Positions 21,542 to 32,114 of a DNA stretch of 64,000 bases are shown piece after piece. The stretch comes from an uncultured Bacilli bacterium. GTDB taxonomy: Bacteria > Bacillota_I > Bacilli_A > RFN20 > CAG-449. The position numbers and the translations under genes are program-made. The stretch is taken from contig CANQTY010000003.1 in assembly GCA_947626895.1 (NCBI GenBank), positions 1,763 through 65,762 of the forward strand, read 5' to 3'. The notes under the pieces were generated by a model. It saw only the letters and a program-made list of their open reading frames with translations, did not search any database and was not told the origin of the DNA. How positions within the stretch are numbered: the stretch's first letter is position 1; each line of letters starts with the position of its first letter.

Positions 21542-22375
21542 ATGAAGACATTAACGATTAATAATTTGCATGTTGCAGTCGAAGGAAAAGAGATTTTAAA
21601 AGGTGTGAATTTAACACTTCATGCTGGAGAATCTATCGCTTTACTAGGACCGAATGGTCATGGTAAATCTACTTTATTATCTGTCATCATGGGTCATCCT
21701 AAATATCAAATCACCGAAGGAACAATTCTTTTAGATGGAGAAAATGTTTCTAAAATGAAAGTCGATGAACGTTCTAAAAAAGGCTTATTCTTAGCTATGC
21801 AATATCCTAGTGAAGTCCCAGGTGTTGTAAATATTGACTTTTTAAAAGCAGCGATGAATGCACATAGAGATACTCCCATTAAATTATTTGAATTCTATAA
21901 AGAGATGGAAAATGCTTCAAAAAAGATGTCGATTCCGATGGATATGGCAACACGTTATTTAAACGAAGGTTTTTCAGGTGGAGAAAAGAAAAGAAACGAG
22001 ATTCTACAGATGTTATTGTTAAAACCATCTTTAGCAATGTTAGATGAGATTGACTCTGGTCTAGATGTCGATGCTTTAGGGATGGTTAGTGAAGCAATTA
22101 AAGAAATGCAAGATGAAAGTCGAGCCTTTTTAGTCGTCTCTCATTATGCTAGACTTTATCATTTAATTCACCCCACTCGCGCGGTGGTTATGATTAATGG
22201 AAAGATCGTTTTAGATGGAGATCCATCTTTAATTGAACGAATTGACCATGAGGGTTATGAATGGATTCAAGAAGAATTAGGTATTCAAATTAAAAAAGAT
22301 GAAGTGAATATGAATTCGACCTCTATTGGGACATGCGCAATAAAAGAATCATTAAATAAAGAAGGTAAAAAATGA
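21542..22375 (+). CDS. sufC: Fe-S cluster assembly ATPase SufC
   Basis: Walker A GPNGHGKST, ABC signature FSGGEKKR. GAGGTGA RBS. Confidence 0.9.
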   Translation: MKTLTINNLHVAVEGKEILKGVNLTLHAGESIALLGPNGHGKSTLLSVIMGHPKYQITEGTILLDGENVSKMKVDERSKKGLFLAMQYPSEVPGVVNIDFLKAAMNAHRDTPIKLFEFYKEMENASKKMSIPMDMATRYLNEGFSGGEKKRNEILQMLLLKPSLAMLDEIDSGLDVDALGMVSEAIKEMQDESRAFLVVSHYARLYHLIHPTRAVVMINGKIVLDGDPSLIERIDHEGYEWIQEELGIQIKKDEVNMNSTSIGTCAIKESLNKEGKK

Positions 22376-23199
22376 AATCTATTTTAGATGAAAATATTTC
22401 TTTAAAACATGAAAAAGATGAAAACGGTATAAAAATAACTGTTTTATCTTCTTTTGATGAACCTCTTTTTCTTCCTTTAATAAATGAAGATATTACGTTA
22501 ATTTTAAATCCTCATGTATCGCTTAAATTATTAGAAAAGGAAATTTCATCGAATCAAAGAAAATATATCTTAAAAGAGGGAGCAACTTTAAAACATAATT
22601 TTCTTATTTTAAATGCAGAACATGAAGAAAATAGAGAAATAGAAATAGAGAAAAATGCGACTTGGGAAGTCGGATATGGTGATTTTTCTTATTCTTCTTA
22701 TCACTCTATTATGCATTGTTATTTAAAAGGGGAAGGAGCAATGGGTTCTTTTCATTTAGCTTCTTTAGCAAGAAATGATGCGAAAAAAATTTTTGATATT
22801 AATTTTACTCATGAAGTTTCGCTCACGGAAAGTATCATGGAAAATTATGGTGTTATTCGTGATGAAGCATCGTTATCCTTTATTGGAATTGGGCATATTA
22901 AAAGAGGAGCAAAAAAAGCCAAAGCGAAACAAGCTACAAAAATCATGGTTTTTGATAAAAAATGTAATGCTTCCGCAAGTCCTATATTAAAAATTGATGA
23001 AAATGATGTTTTAGCTTCACATGCTGCCGCGGAAGGCAGAATTAATGAAGAACATTTATTCTATTTAATGTCTCGTGGTTTAAAAGAAGAAGAAGCAAAA
23101 AAGATTATCACGTTAGGATATTTAAATCCAATTTTACCTTTTATGTTTGATGATGAGATAAAAAAAGAAGTAGAATCCATCATCTTAGAAAGGATGTAG
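22372..23199 (+). CDS. sufD: Short SufD-like (SufB/SufD family) Fe-S assembly protein
   Basis: C-terminal SufBD domain ([23 protein letters not shown]). Only 275 aa. Confidence 0.7.
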   Translation: MKSILDENISLKHEKDENGIKITVLSSFDEPLFLPLINEDITLILNPHVSLKLLEKEISSNQRKYILKEGATLKHNFLILNAEHEENREIEIEKNATWEVGYGDFSYSSYHSIMHCYLKGEGAMGSFHLASLARNDAKKIFDINFTHEVSLTESIMENYGVIRDEASLSFIGIGHIKRGAKKAKAKQATKIMVFDKKCNASASPILKIDENDVLASHAAAEGRINEEHLFYLMSRGLKEEEAKKIITLGYLNPILPFMFDDEIKKEVESIILERM

Positions 23200-23200
23200 T

Positions 23201-24433
23201 ATGGATATTGATAAGATTCGTGAAGATTTTCCAATGTTAAGAGGCTTAAAAATGCAAGGAAAACCCTTGATTTATTTTGATAATGCTGCGACTTCTTTAA
23301 AACCGAAAAAAGTTTTAGATGCTATTTATGATTATTATGCGTCTTATTGTGCAAATTCTCATCGTGGAGATTATGATATCGCACATCGTGTTGACGTTGA
23401 ATTTGAAGAAACAAGAAAAGTAGTGGCTAATTTTATCAATGCAAAAAGTGAAAATGAAATTGTTTTTACTTCGAATACTTCGATGGGACTTAATATGATT
23501 GCCTATGGTCTTATGAAAGAACTTCATGAAGGAGATGAAATTTTACTTTCTGAAGCAGAACATGCTTCAAATGTATTACCATGGTTTCATGTTGCTCAAG
23601 AAAAAAACGTATCGATAAAATATATTCCTTTAGATAGTAAAGGGCGATTAACTCTTGCTAATTTAAAAAAATCCCTTAATGAGCATACAAAAATTGTCGC
23701 CTTAGCGCATGTAAGTAATGTTTTAGGTTATATTTTAGATGCCTCTTCTTTTGCTAAAGAAATCCATAAATATGGGGCATATTTTGTTCTTGATGGAGCA
23801 CAAAGTGTTCCTCATATGAAAGTTGATGTAAAAGAAATTGATTGTGATTTTTTATGTTTTTCAGGGCATAAGATGCTCGCTCCAACTGGAATAGGAGTTC
23901 TCTATGGAAAATATGAATTGTTAGAAAAGATGGATCCCTTACTTTCAGGCGGGGGAATGAATACTCGTTTTGATATGTGTGGAAATGTTTCTTTACAAGT
24001 TCCTCCTTTAAAATTTGAGGCAGGAACACCAAATATTGAAGGGGTAATTGGCTTAAAAGCCGCGATAGAATATTTAAATGAAATTGGCATGGAAAATATC
24101 GATAAAAGAGAAAGAGAATTAAAAAAATACGCTATCGAAGGATTAAAAAAGCTAGATAATGTCATTTTATATAATGAAGATAGTGAAAGTGGAATTATCA
24201 CTTTTAATATAAAAGATGTCTTTTCTCAAGATGCTGGAAGTTATTTTAATGCCAAAGGTATTTGTGTAAGAACAGGTTTACATTGCGCAAAAATACTCAC
24301 GGATTTTTTAAATACCGATGGTACAGTTCGGGCAAGTCTTGCTTTTTATAATACAAAAGAAGAGATTGACACTTTTATTGAAACTTGTAGAAATGGAGGT
24401 AATTTTTTAGATGCATTTTTCGCTGACGAATGA
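23201..24433 (+). CDS. sufS: Cysteine desulfurase SufS
   Basis: Class-V aminotransferase. PLP-lysine region CFSGHKMLAPTGIGVLY and active-site loop TGLHCA. Confidence 0.9.
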   Translation: MDIDKIREDFPMLRGLKMQGKPLIYFDNAATSLKPKKVLDAIYDYYASYCANSHRGDYDIAHRVDVEFEETRKVVANFINAKSENEIVFTSNTSMGLNMIAYGLMKELHEGDEILLSEAEHASNVLPWFHVAQEKNVSIKYIPLDSKGRLTLANLKKSLNEHTKIVALAHVSNVLGYILDASSFAKEIHKYGAYFVLDGAQSVPHMKVDVKEIDCDFLCFSGHKMLAPTGIGVLYGKYELLEKMDPLLSGGGMNTRFDMCGNVSLQVPPLKFEAGTPNIEGVIGLKAAIEYLNEIGMENIDKRERELKKYAIEGLKKLDNVILYNEDSESGIITFNIKDVFSQDAGSYFNAKGICVRTGLHCAKILTDFLNTDGTVRASLAFYNTKEEIDTFIETCRNGGNFLDAFFADE

Positions 24434-24854
24434 AATGATGAGAGAAATCATCATGGATCATTACACAAATCCAAGAAATAGAAAAGAAACAGATAATCCT
24501 GCTTACCAAACAGTTTTTATGGATTCTACTTCGTGTATTGATAAAATTTATATCCAAGCATTGATTGAAAATGATGTTTTGGTCGATGTGATTTGGCATG
24601 GCGTTGGTTGTGCTATTTCTACTGCATCGACCTCTATAATGAGTGAATTATTAAAAGGAAAAACGGTTAAAGAGGCAAACTATATCTTACAAGAATATTT
24701 AAAAATGATTCATGAAGAAAGTTATGATGCAGATGTACTTGATGAAGCTGTTGTATTTATGAACACCTCTAGACAACCTGCAAGAATTAAATGTGCAACC
24801 ATCGGATGGAATGGCATGGAAGAGATCCTTAAAGGAGATAAAAAACATGGATGA
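24411..24854 (+). CDS. sufU: Fe-S scaffold / sulfur acceptor SufU (NifU-like)
   Basis: [15 protein letters not shown] and C-terminal CAT(I)GW motifs. GGAGG RBS before 24411. Confidence 0.85.
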   Translation: MHFSLTNEMMREIIMDHYTNPRNRKETDNPAYQTVFMDSTSCIDKIYIQALIENDVLVDVIWHGVGCAISTASTSIMSELLKGKTVKEANYILQEYLKMIHEESYDADVLDEAVVFMNTSRQPARIKCATIGWNGMEEILKGDKKHG

Positions 24855-26238
24855 TATGTTGAAAGATAAGGAATACCAATTTGGTTTTAAAAACGAAGAT
24901 GTTTCTATTAAAAAAACCGACAAGGGCATTTCAGAAGACATTATTAAAGAGATTTCTAAACTAAAGGGCGAACCAAGCTGGATGCTTGAATTTCGTCTTC
25001 GTTCTTATCATGAATTTATAAAGCACCATCTTCCTTCTTTTGGGCCTAAAATCGATTTAGATTTTTCTTCTTATACGTATTTTACTCGTCCAAGTGAAAA
25101 AGAAGAAAAAAATTGGGATGATGTACCTGAGACGATAAAAGAAACCTTTAAACGTTTAGGAATTCCTGAAGCGGAACAAAAATATCTTGCTGGAGTTTCT
25201 ACACAATATGAATCCGAAGTTGTTTATCATAATATGCTTAAAGAAGTAGAGGAAAAAGGAGTAATCTTTTTATCTACAGATATGGCACTTAAAACTTGTC
25301 CAGAATTATTTAAAAAATATTTTAATCATATCGTTTCTTATAATGATAATAAATTTGCTGCCCTTAATGGTGCGGTGTGGTCGGGAGGATCATTTATTTA
25401 CGTACCTAAAGGGGTCAAATTAGAAAAACCTTTACAATCTTATTTTAGAATTAACAATGAAAAAAGTGGGCAATTTGAAAGGACTTTAATCATCGTTGAT
25501 GATGGAGCAGAAGTTCATTATGTAGAAGGCTGTACTGCACCGACATATTCTAAAGAATCTTTACATGCCGCGGTAGTGGAAATTTATGTTGGAAAAGGAG
25601 CAAAATGCCGTTATTCTACCATCCAAAATTGGTCTGATAATATCGTAAATTTAGTTACTAAACGTGCCTTAGTAGAGGAAGATGGCTTAATGGAATGGAT
25701 TGATGGAAATATCGGCTCCATGGTCAATATGAAATATCCTTGCTGTGTTTTAAAAGGCAATAGAGCTAAAGGAAATTGTATTTCTATTGCCGTAGCTACA
25801 AAAGGACAAATTCAAGATGCTGGAGCAAAAATGATTCATATTGGGGAAAATACATCTTCTACGATTATTTCTAAATCTGTTGTTAAGCGCGGAGGAATTG
25901 CAAATTATCGTGGCTTAGTTTCTATTGGTCCTAATTCATTTAATAGTAAAGCTCATGTTGAATGTGATACGTTAATTTTAGATGATATTTCTTCTTCAGA
26001 TACAATTCCCACGAATGAAGTACATAATGATTCATCTTATCTAGAACATGAAGCAACGGTATCAAAAATCAACGAAGATCAATTATTCTATTTAATGTCA
26101 CGAGGCTTAAGTGAAAAACAAGCAACTCAAATGATTATTATGGGATTTATTGAACCATTTGCGAAAGAATTACCAATGGAATATGCTGTAGAACTCAATC
26201 AATTAATCAAAATGGATATGGAAGGTAGTGTTGGTTAA
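24847..26238 (+). CDS. sufB: Fe-S cluster assembly protein SufB
   Basis: Full-length SufB with the SufBD core. The start ATG at 24847 overlaps the sufU stop. Confidence 0.9.
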   Translation: MDDMLKDKEYQFGFKNEDVSIKKTDKGISEDIIKEISKLKGEPSWMLEFRLRSYHEFIKHHLPSFGPKIDLDFSSYTYFTRPSEKEEKNWDDVPETIKETFKRLGIPEAEQKYLAGVSTQYESEVVYHNMLKEVEEKGVIFLSTDMALKTCPELFKKYFNHIVSYNDNKFAALNGAVWSGGSFIYVPKGVKLEKPLQSYFRINNEKSGQFERTLIIVDDGAEVHYVEGCTAPTYSKESLHAAVVEIYVGKGAKCRYSTIQNWSDNIVNLVTKRALVEEDGLMEWIDGNIGSMVNMKYPCCVLKGNRAKGNCISIAVATKGQIQDAGAKMIHIGENTSSTIISKSVVKRGGIANYRGLVSIGPNSFNSKAHVECDTLILDDISSSDTIPTNEVHNDSSYLEHEATVSKINEDQLFYLMSRGLSEKQATQMIIMGFIEPFAKELPMEYAVELNQLIKMDMEGSVG

Positions 26239-26239
26239 A

Positions 26240-28105
26240 GTGGATAAAGAATACGATATCATCGTTGTTGGCGCGGGTCATGCAGGAATGGAAGCTGCCA
26301 TTGCTTCCGCGCATCTAGGGCATAAAACCCTTCTTTTGACCTTGGATAAAAATCATATGGCAGAAATGCCTTGTAATCCTTCCATTGGAGGAAGCGCTAA
26401 GGGGATTGTTGTAAGGGAAATTGACGCTCTTGGAGGCATGATGGGAAAAGCCGCGGATATGGCTACTTTACAAATGAAAATGCTCAATACAGGAAAAGGA
26501 CCTGGGGTTCGTTGTTTAAGAGCTCAAGCGGATAAAATCGGCTATCCTTCTGCAATGAAAAAAATCGCATATGAAACAGAAAATTTAACCATTGAAGAAG
26601 GTATGGTAGATGATATACTTCATGATGAAAAATCCATATATGGAGTAAAAATACAAGATCAAGAAATCCATTCTAAAGCTGTTATTTTAACTACAGGTAC
26701 TTATATGGAGGCACAAGTTTTAGTTGGTCATACCTCTACTTCAAGTGGACCAGATAAGCAAAAACCATCGTTAGGTTTATCAAAAAATCTTGAAAAAATG
26801 GGAATTGAATTATTTAGACTTAAGACAGGTACTCCACCGAGAATTTTAGATAGTTCAATTCATTATGAAAAGTTAGAACCCCAATATGGAACCAAAGGAA
26901 ATTATACTTTTTCTTATGAAAATGACCATGGTGTACCTATAGAGAATCAAGTCGTTTGTTATTTAACATATACGACAGAAAAAACTCATGAAATTATTCG
27001 TTCTCATTTAAAAGAATCCGCGATGTATGGGGGAATGGTACATGGAGTAGGTCCTAGATATTGTCCCTCAATCGAGGATAAAATTGTGCGTTTTGCAGAT
27101 AAACCTCGTCACCAATTATTTTTAGAGCCAGAATCTTTAAAGATGAATTCAATTTATTTACAGGGATTTTCTACTTCCATGCCTACCAATGTTCAAGAAG
27201 AAATGGTGCATTCCTTACCAGGATTAGAAGATGCCATCTTTTTAAAGTATGCTTATGCCATTGAATATGATGCGATTAGACCCTTACAACTTGATGCAAC
27301 ATTAATGGTGAAAAAATGGAATGGCTTATTTTGCGCAGGTCAAATCGTGGGAACTTCAGGTTATGAAGAAGCTGCAGGCCTTGGCTTAATGGCAGGAATT
27401 AATGCTTCTCGATGGATTGAAAATAAAACCCCATTTATTTTAAGAAGAGATGAAGCTTATATTGGAGTAATGATTGATGATTTAGTAAGTAAAGGAACAG
27501 AAGAACCTTATCGTCTGATGTCATCGCGTGCTGAGTATCGTCTTTTAATGCGCCATGATAATGCAGATCGTAGATTAACTCCTTATGGCTATGAAATTGG
27601 TCTCATTTCGGAAAAACGGTATCAAAAATTTAAAGAAAAAGAAGAAAATATTATACGTTTAAAAGATGCATTAGAGCATTATTATTTTGGAGAAAATAAA
27701 GCTTTAGATGAATTCTTAATAAAGACAACTTCCATTGGACTTAAGATATCTTCTTCTGCTTCAAGCTTATTAAAAAGACCAGGTGTTTATTTAAAAGAAA
27801 TTATGTCTTATTTAGATATTGATTTTTCTTCTTTAGATGAAAATGCTTTATTTCAATTAGAAACAGAAATTAAATATGAAGGATATATTGCTAAAGAAAT
27901 TCAAGAGGCAGAACGTCTTAAAAAGATGGAAGAAATTTCTTTACCTAGTGATTTAGATTATCTTCATATGAATGGATTAGCACTTGAGGCTAGGCAAAAA
28001 CTAGCGAAAGTAAATCCTCATTCTTTAGGACAAGCTTCTCGAATTCCAGGAGTAAATCCCGCGGATATTGCTGTGCTTTTGATGCATGTAAAAAGAGGTA
28101 AATGA
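26240..28105 (+). CDS. mnmG: tRNA U34 carboxymethylaminomethyl modification enzyme MnmG (GidA)
   Basis: (M)DKEYDIIVVGAGHAG FAD motif and full-length homology. A GTG start at 26240 or 26228. Confidence 0.95.
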   Translation: MDKEYDIIVVGAGHAGMEAAIASAHLGHKTLLLTLDKNHMAEMPCNPSIGGSAKGIVVREIDALGGMMGKAADMATLQMKMLNTGKGPGVRCLRAQADKIGYPSAMKKIAYETENLTIEEGMVDDILHDEKSIYGVKIQDQEIHSKAVILTTGTYMEAQVLVGHTSTSSGPDKQKPSLGLSKNLEKMGIELFRLKTGTPPRILDSSIHYEKLEPQYGTKGNYTFSYENDHGVPIENQVVCYLTYTTEKTHEIIRSHLKESAMYGGMVHGVGPRYCPSIEDKIVRFADKPRHQLFLEPESLKMNSIYLQGFSTSMPTNVQEEMVHSLPGLEDAIFLKYAYAIEYDAIRPLQLDATLMVKKWNGLFCAGQIVGTSGYEEAAGLGLMAGINASRWIENKTPFILRRDEAYIGVMIDDLVSKGTEEPYRLMSSRAEYRLLMRHDNADRRLTPYGYEIGLISEKRYQKFKEKEENIIRLKDALEHYYFGENKALDEFLIKTTSIGLKISSSASSLLKRPGVYLKEIMSYLDIDFSSLDENALFQLETEIKYEGYIAKEIQEAERLKKMEEISLPSDLDYLHMNGLALEARQKLAKVNPHSLGQASRIPGVNPADIAVLLMHVKRGK

Positions 28106-28809
28106 TGTTATTAATTGAGCTTTTTTCTTCTTTAAAAAATGAAGGAATCATTTTAAATGATACCCAAAGACTTCAAGTGATGAAGTATCTTTCTTTACTT
28201 GAAGAAAAAAATAAAGTCATGGATTTAACGGCGAATGATACACGTGAAGAAATGGTAGAAAAAAATTTTTATGATTCCTTTATGAGTGCAAAATTAATTC
28301 CAAATAATACATTATTTTTATTAGATTTAGGTAGTGGAGCAGGTTTTCCTGGAATATTATATGCTATTTTATATCCTAAAATTCATATTGTTCTTCTTGA
28401 ACCGATGAGAAAAAGAAGCTTATTTTTACAAGAATGTATTGATTCTTTAGGACTTATCAATTGTGAAGTGGTTTCAATGCGCGCAGAAGATTATGTTAAA
28501 CTACATCGGGAATCTTTTGATGTCGTTTCAGCACGCGCGGTAGCGAAATTATCGATTCTTTTAGAATTAGCTCTTCCCTTATTAAAAGTTCAAGGAAAAT
28601 TAATCGCTTTAAAAGGACCGCGTCTTTATGAAGAAGAAAAAGAAGCACAAAATGCGATGAATTTATTACATGTAAATAAAATAAAAGAAGAAAAATTTAT
28701 CTTACCAACAAATAAAGAAGTACGTATTAATGCTTTATATTTAAAAAACAAAAAAACCGAAGAAAAATATCCTCGTTTATTTGCTCAAATTAAAAAGAAA
28801 CCTTTATAA
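28102..28809 (+). CDS. rsmG: 16S rRNA m7G527 methyltransferase RsmG
   Basis: SAM motif LDLGSGAGFPG. Position immediately after mnmG. Confidence 0.85.
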   Translation: MMLLIELFSSLKNEGIILNDTQRLQVMKYLSLLEEKNKVMDLTANDTREEMVEKNFYDSFMSAKLIPNNTLFLLDLGSGAGFPGILYAILYPKIHIVLLEPMRKRSLFLQECIDSLGLINCEVVSMRAEDYVKLHRESFDVVSARAVAKLSILLELALPLLKVQGKLIALKGPRLYEEEKEAQNAMNLLHVNKIKEEKFILPTNKEVRINALYLKNKKTEEKYPRLFAQIKKKPL

Positions 28810-28822
28810 GGGGGAAAGTAGT

Positions 28823-29599
28823 ATGGGAAGAATTATTGCAGTATCAAATCATAAAGGTGGGGTAGGAAAAACAACTTCGGCAATTTCCTTATCCGCGGCC
28901 TTTGTAAATTATGGTAAACGAGTTTTACTTGTCGATATGGATCCCCAAGGAAATTGTGCTGGAGGATTAGGACTTGATACAACCTTATTTCCATATACTC
29001 TTGTCGATGCCTTAGCGCATACTTGTGCGATTGAAGAAGCAATTCATAAAACTTCTTTTAAAGATTTAGATATATTACCTAGCAATGTCAATTTAGCAAT
29101 TGTTGAAACAAAAATTCATGATGGAGAACCTTTTAAAATCTTAAAAAATTTATTAGATAAAGTTCTTGATCAATATGATTTTATTTTAATTGATACACCC
29201 CCTTCTTTTGGCTTTTTATCAATTAGTTCTCTTGTCGCCGCTGATGAAGTATTAATTCCTGTGCAATGTGAATATTTCGCCCTAGAGGGGGTTGCACAAA
29301 TTTTAGGAACTATTTCTAATGTTCAACAGATGTATAATGAAAAACTATCGATTTTAGGCTTTGTTATGACAATGTATGATGCTAGATTAAAGCTATCTAC
29401 AGAAGTCACCATGGAAGTAAGAGGACTATTTAAAGAAAAGACCTTTGTCACTCAAATACCCAAAAATAATTCAATTGTCGAAGCACAAAAAGAAGGAATA
29501 CCTGTAACTTTTTATCGACCAACTTCGACGGGTTCACTCGCCTATTTATCTTTAGCAAGGGAGATTTTAGCTTATGAAGCAGAAAATGCACTTAAGTGA
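28823..29599 (+). CDS. parA: Chromosome partitioning ATPase ParA/Soj
   Basis: Deviant Walker A NHKGGVGKTT and the full ParA fold. Confidence 0.9.
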   Translation: MGRIIAVSNHKGGVGKTTSAISLSAAFVNYGKRVLLVDMDPQGNCAGGLGLDTTLFPYTLVDALAHTCAIEEAIHKTSFKDLDILPSNVNLAIVETKIHDGEPFKILKNLLDKVLDQYDFILIDTPPSFGFLSISSLVAADEVLIPVQCEYFALEGVAQILGTISNVQQMYNEKLSILGFVMTMYDARLKLSTEVTMEVRGLFKEKTFVTQIPKNNSIVEAQKEGIPVTFYRPTSTGSLAYLSLAREILAYEAENALK

Positions 29600-30398
29600 A
29601 TGGATTGATAAATATCGTAATACAAATCTATTAAAAGAATTAGAAAATAGAATGCGTCAAGAATATTCCATTGATGTTCCTATTGAACAAGTGGAAATGA
29701 ATCCTTTATGTTCTAAATATTTCTTTAGAAAAAAACAGATTTCACCTTTAGAAATTCAAATGAATGAAAAAGAAGTAATGGATCCTCTTTTAGTTAGAAA
29801 AGTAAATAATAAATACCAAGTTTTAACAGGATTTAAAAGATATTATTTAGCGAAAAAGAACCATTTTGCGAATATTCCTGTTATTATTCGGAATGTCTCT
29901 GATGAAATTATGATGTTAATTGTCGCTCAACGATTTCGTACATATAGCGATGAAAATATCTTAAATAAAGCATATGTTTATGAAGCAATTTTACAATATT
30001 ATGAAATTTCAAGAAAAGATTTAGCTAAATTAATGGATTCATCTATTTCTCAAATCACCAATACATTAAGAATTTTAAAATTGAATGACAATGTAAGAAG
30101 AGCTTTAAAAGAAGAATATCTTTCTTATGGACAAGCAAGAATGCTTGTAGGATTATCTAGCGAAAAACAAGATGAATTCTTAAAAACTATCTTAGATCAA
30201 AAGCTATCAGTAAGGGAAGTTGAACATTTAGTTTCTTTATATAAAGGTGGTTCTTCTTCTGATCCACGGGTAGAATCATTTTATAATAAAACAGGCGTGG
30301 CAATTCATCAAATTGGTTCAAAAATCGTCTTTGAATTTGAAAATAAAGAAGAAGCAGCAGAGTATTATCATAAGGTACTAAGCCGCAAAAGAATATAG
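29574..30398 (+). CDS. parB: Divergent ParB/Spo0J-like protein
   Basis: ParB N-terminal domain with GFKRYYLAKK in place of the canonical GERRxRA. HTH region. Position after parA. Confidence 0.6.
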   Translation: MKQKMHLSEWIDKYRNTNLLKELENRMRQEYSIDVPIEQVEMNPLCSKYFFRKKQISPLEIQMNEKEVMDPLLVRKVNNKYQVLTGFKRYYLAKKNHFANIPVIIRNVSDEIMMLIVAQRFRTYSDENILNKAYVYEAILQYYEISRKDLAKLMDSSISQITNTLRILKLNDNVRRALKEEYLSYGQARMLVGLSSEKQDEFLKTILDQKLSVREVEHLVSLYKGGSSSDPRVESFYNKTGVAIHQIGSKIVFEFENKEEAAEYYHKVLSRKRI

Positions 30399-30516
30399 AA
30401 TAGAAGCCTAAATCTTTACATATTTTTTTAGAAACAACTTTACATAATACATGTAGATTTGTTTTAGATTTTAATTATTTTTTTAAATTTATTAATCCAA
30501 GATTAGAAAAAAACTA

Positions 30517-30610
30517 TTTTCGACAAAAGTGTAGAATTCTACATTTTTTAATATTGTTTTTACATCAAGATTATGCTATATTGTATTCGACAAAAGTGTA
30601 GAATTCTACA
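30517..30610 (+). promoter_or_regulatory. Promoter with two copies of a 25-bp operator-like repeat containing the perfect palindrome TGTAGAATTCTACA
   Basis: Palindromes at 30530-30543 and 30597-30610 share the flank TTCGACAAAAG. They bracket a TTGTTT-17-TGcTATATT promoter. The second copy abuts the RBS of the AAA_14 gene. Confidence 0.5.
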
Positions 30611-30625
30611 AAAAAGGAGAAAACG

Positions 30626-31936
30626 ATGATAAAAAGAGAATGGTATTTAAATGAATTAATTAAAAATATGCATAATGGTTTTCCTAAAGTCATCACAGGA
30701 ATTCGTAGATGTGGTAAATCATATCTTTTAAGTAATATTTTTAAGGATTATCTTTTAAGTCAAAAAGTATCGAAAAATAGTATTTTGTTTATTAATTTAG
30801 ATGATATTCAAAATGCGATGTATCGTGATCCTTTAGTCTTAGATGCTTATATAAGAAATTTTGCCAGAAAAAAAACTATGGTCTATGTAATGATTGATGA
30901 GATTCAAAGAGTATTTTCTATAGTGAATCCAATTTTAACTAATGGAAACCATGTTTTAGCAAAAAAAGACGATAGAGAAATCATCTCTTTTGTCGATGTA
31001 ATTTTAGGTTTATCTTTAGAAAAAAACATTGATTTATACGTTACAGGCTCTAATTCAAAGATGTTATCCACGGATATCATCACCGAATTTAGGGATAAGG
31101 CCATAAATATTCATTTAAGTCCTTTATCTTTTTATGAATATTCTCAATATATGGGGAATTCTTCGTTAGATACTTTATATTCCTATATGCAATATGGAGG
31201 AATGCCTTTATGTGTTTTAGAAGAACATGATGAAGATAAACGTTCTTATTTAAAAAGTTTATTTGAATTAACTTATTTTAAAGATATTCTTGAACATCAT
31301 GACTTAAAGAAAAGTGAATCCTTAAATGAATTATGCACTTTTCTAAGTTCCTCGACTGGAGAACTTATTAACTCTAAAAAAATCGCGGATACATATTTAA
31401 GTGTAAAAAAAGAAAAAATAGATAAAAGCACAATTGATGCATATATTCAATATTTCTTAGATGCTTTTATTCTTAATGAAGCAAAAAGATATGATGTAAA
31501 AGGTAGGAAAGAAATCGGTGCGCTTAGAAAGTATTATTTTGTGGATTCTGGATTGAGAAACGCATGGTTAAACTTTGCTTTTAATGACGAAGGACATATT
31601 TTAGAAAATGTGATATATAATGAATTACTTTACCAAGGATATACAGTTAATATTGGAAGTTTTGATTCCATTACAAAAAATAAAGAAGGAAAATCTATTC
31701 GTAAAACAAATGAAATTGATTTCTATGCTCATAAAGAAAATCAAGAATTCTATGTTCAAGTAACCGCGGATTTAAATGAACTACAAGTGTCCTCAAGAGA
31801 GGTAAGAGCATATAAACTATTAAAAGATTCTATTCCTAAAATCATCGTAGTTAATAAACCAATTCATCATTATAAAGATGAACATGGATTTATTGTTATG
31901 AGTGCCATAGAATTTATGCTTAATTATATTGCGTAA
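30626..31936 (+). CDS. AAA_14/DUF4143 family ATPase (paralog 2)
   Basis: Walker A GIRRCGKSY, YVTGSNS and a C-terminal DUF4143. AAGGAG RBS. Confidence 0.75.
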   Translation: MIKREWYLNELIKNMHNGFPKVITGIRRCGKSYLLSNIFKDYLLSQKVSKNSILFINLDDIQNAMYRDPLVLDAYIRNFARKKTMVYVMIDEIQRVFSIVNPILTNGNHVLAKKDDREIISFVDVILGLSLEKNIDLYVTGSNSKMLSTDIITEFRDKAINIHLSPLSFYEYSQYMGNSSLDTLYSYMQYGGMPLCVLEEHDEDKRSYLKSLFELTYFKDILEHHDLKKSESLNELCTFLSSSTGELINSKKIADTYLSVKKEKIDKSTIDAYIQYFLDAFILNEAKRYDVKGRKEIGALRKYYFVDSGLRNAWLNFAFNDEGHILENVIYNELLYQGYTVNIGSFDSITKNKEGKSIRKTNEIDFYAHKENQEFYVQVTADLNELQVSSREVRAYKLLKDSIPKIIVVNKPIHHYKDEHGFIVMSAIEFMLNYIA

Positions 31937-32114
31937 TATTTAATTTAAATAGAAAAAGCATAAAAATGGTTAAATTTTAAAAAATGCCTAAATTTAGGCT
32001 CCGTTATTTTGCATTTATTTTTCATTTATCCTGCATTTATTATGCATTTTCTTTGAAAAAATATTTTGATATTAAAACGATTTAAAGTATGGTAAAATAT
32101 TTTTAAGGAAAGAA

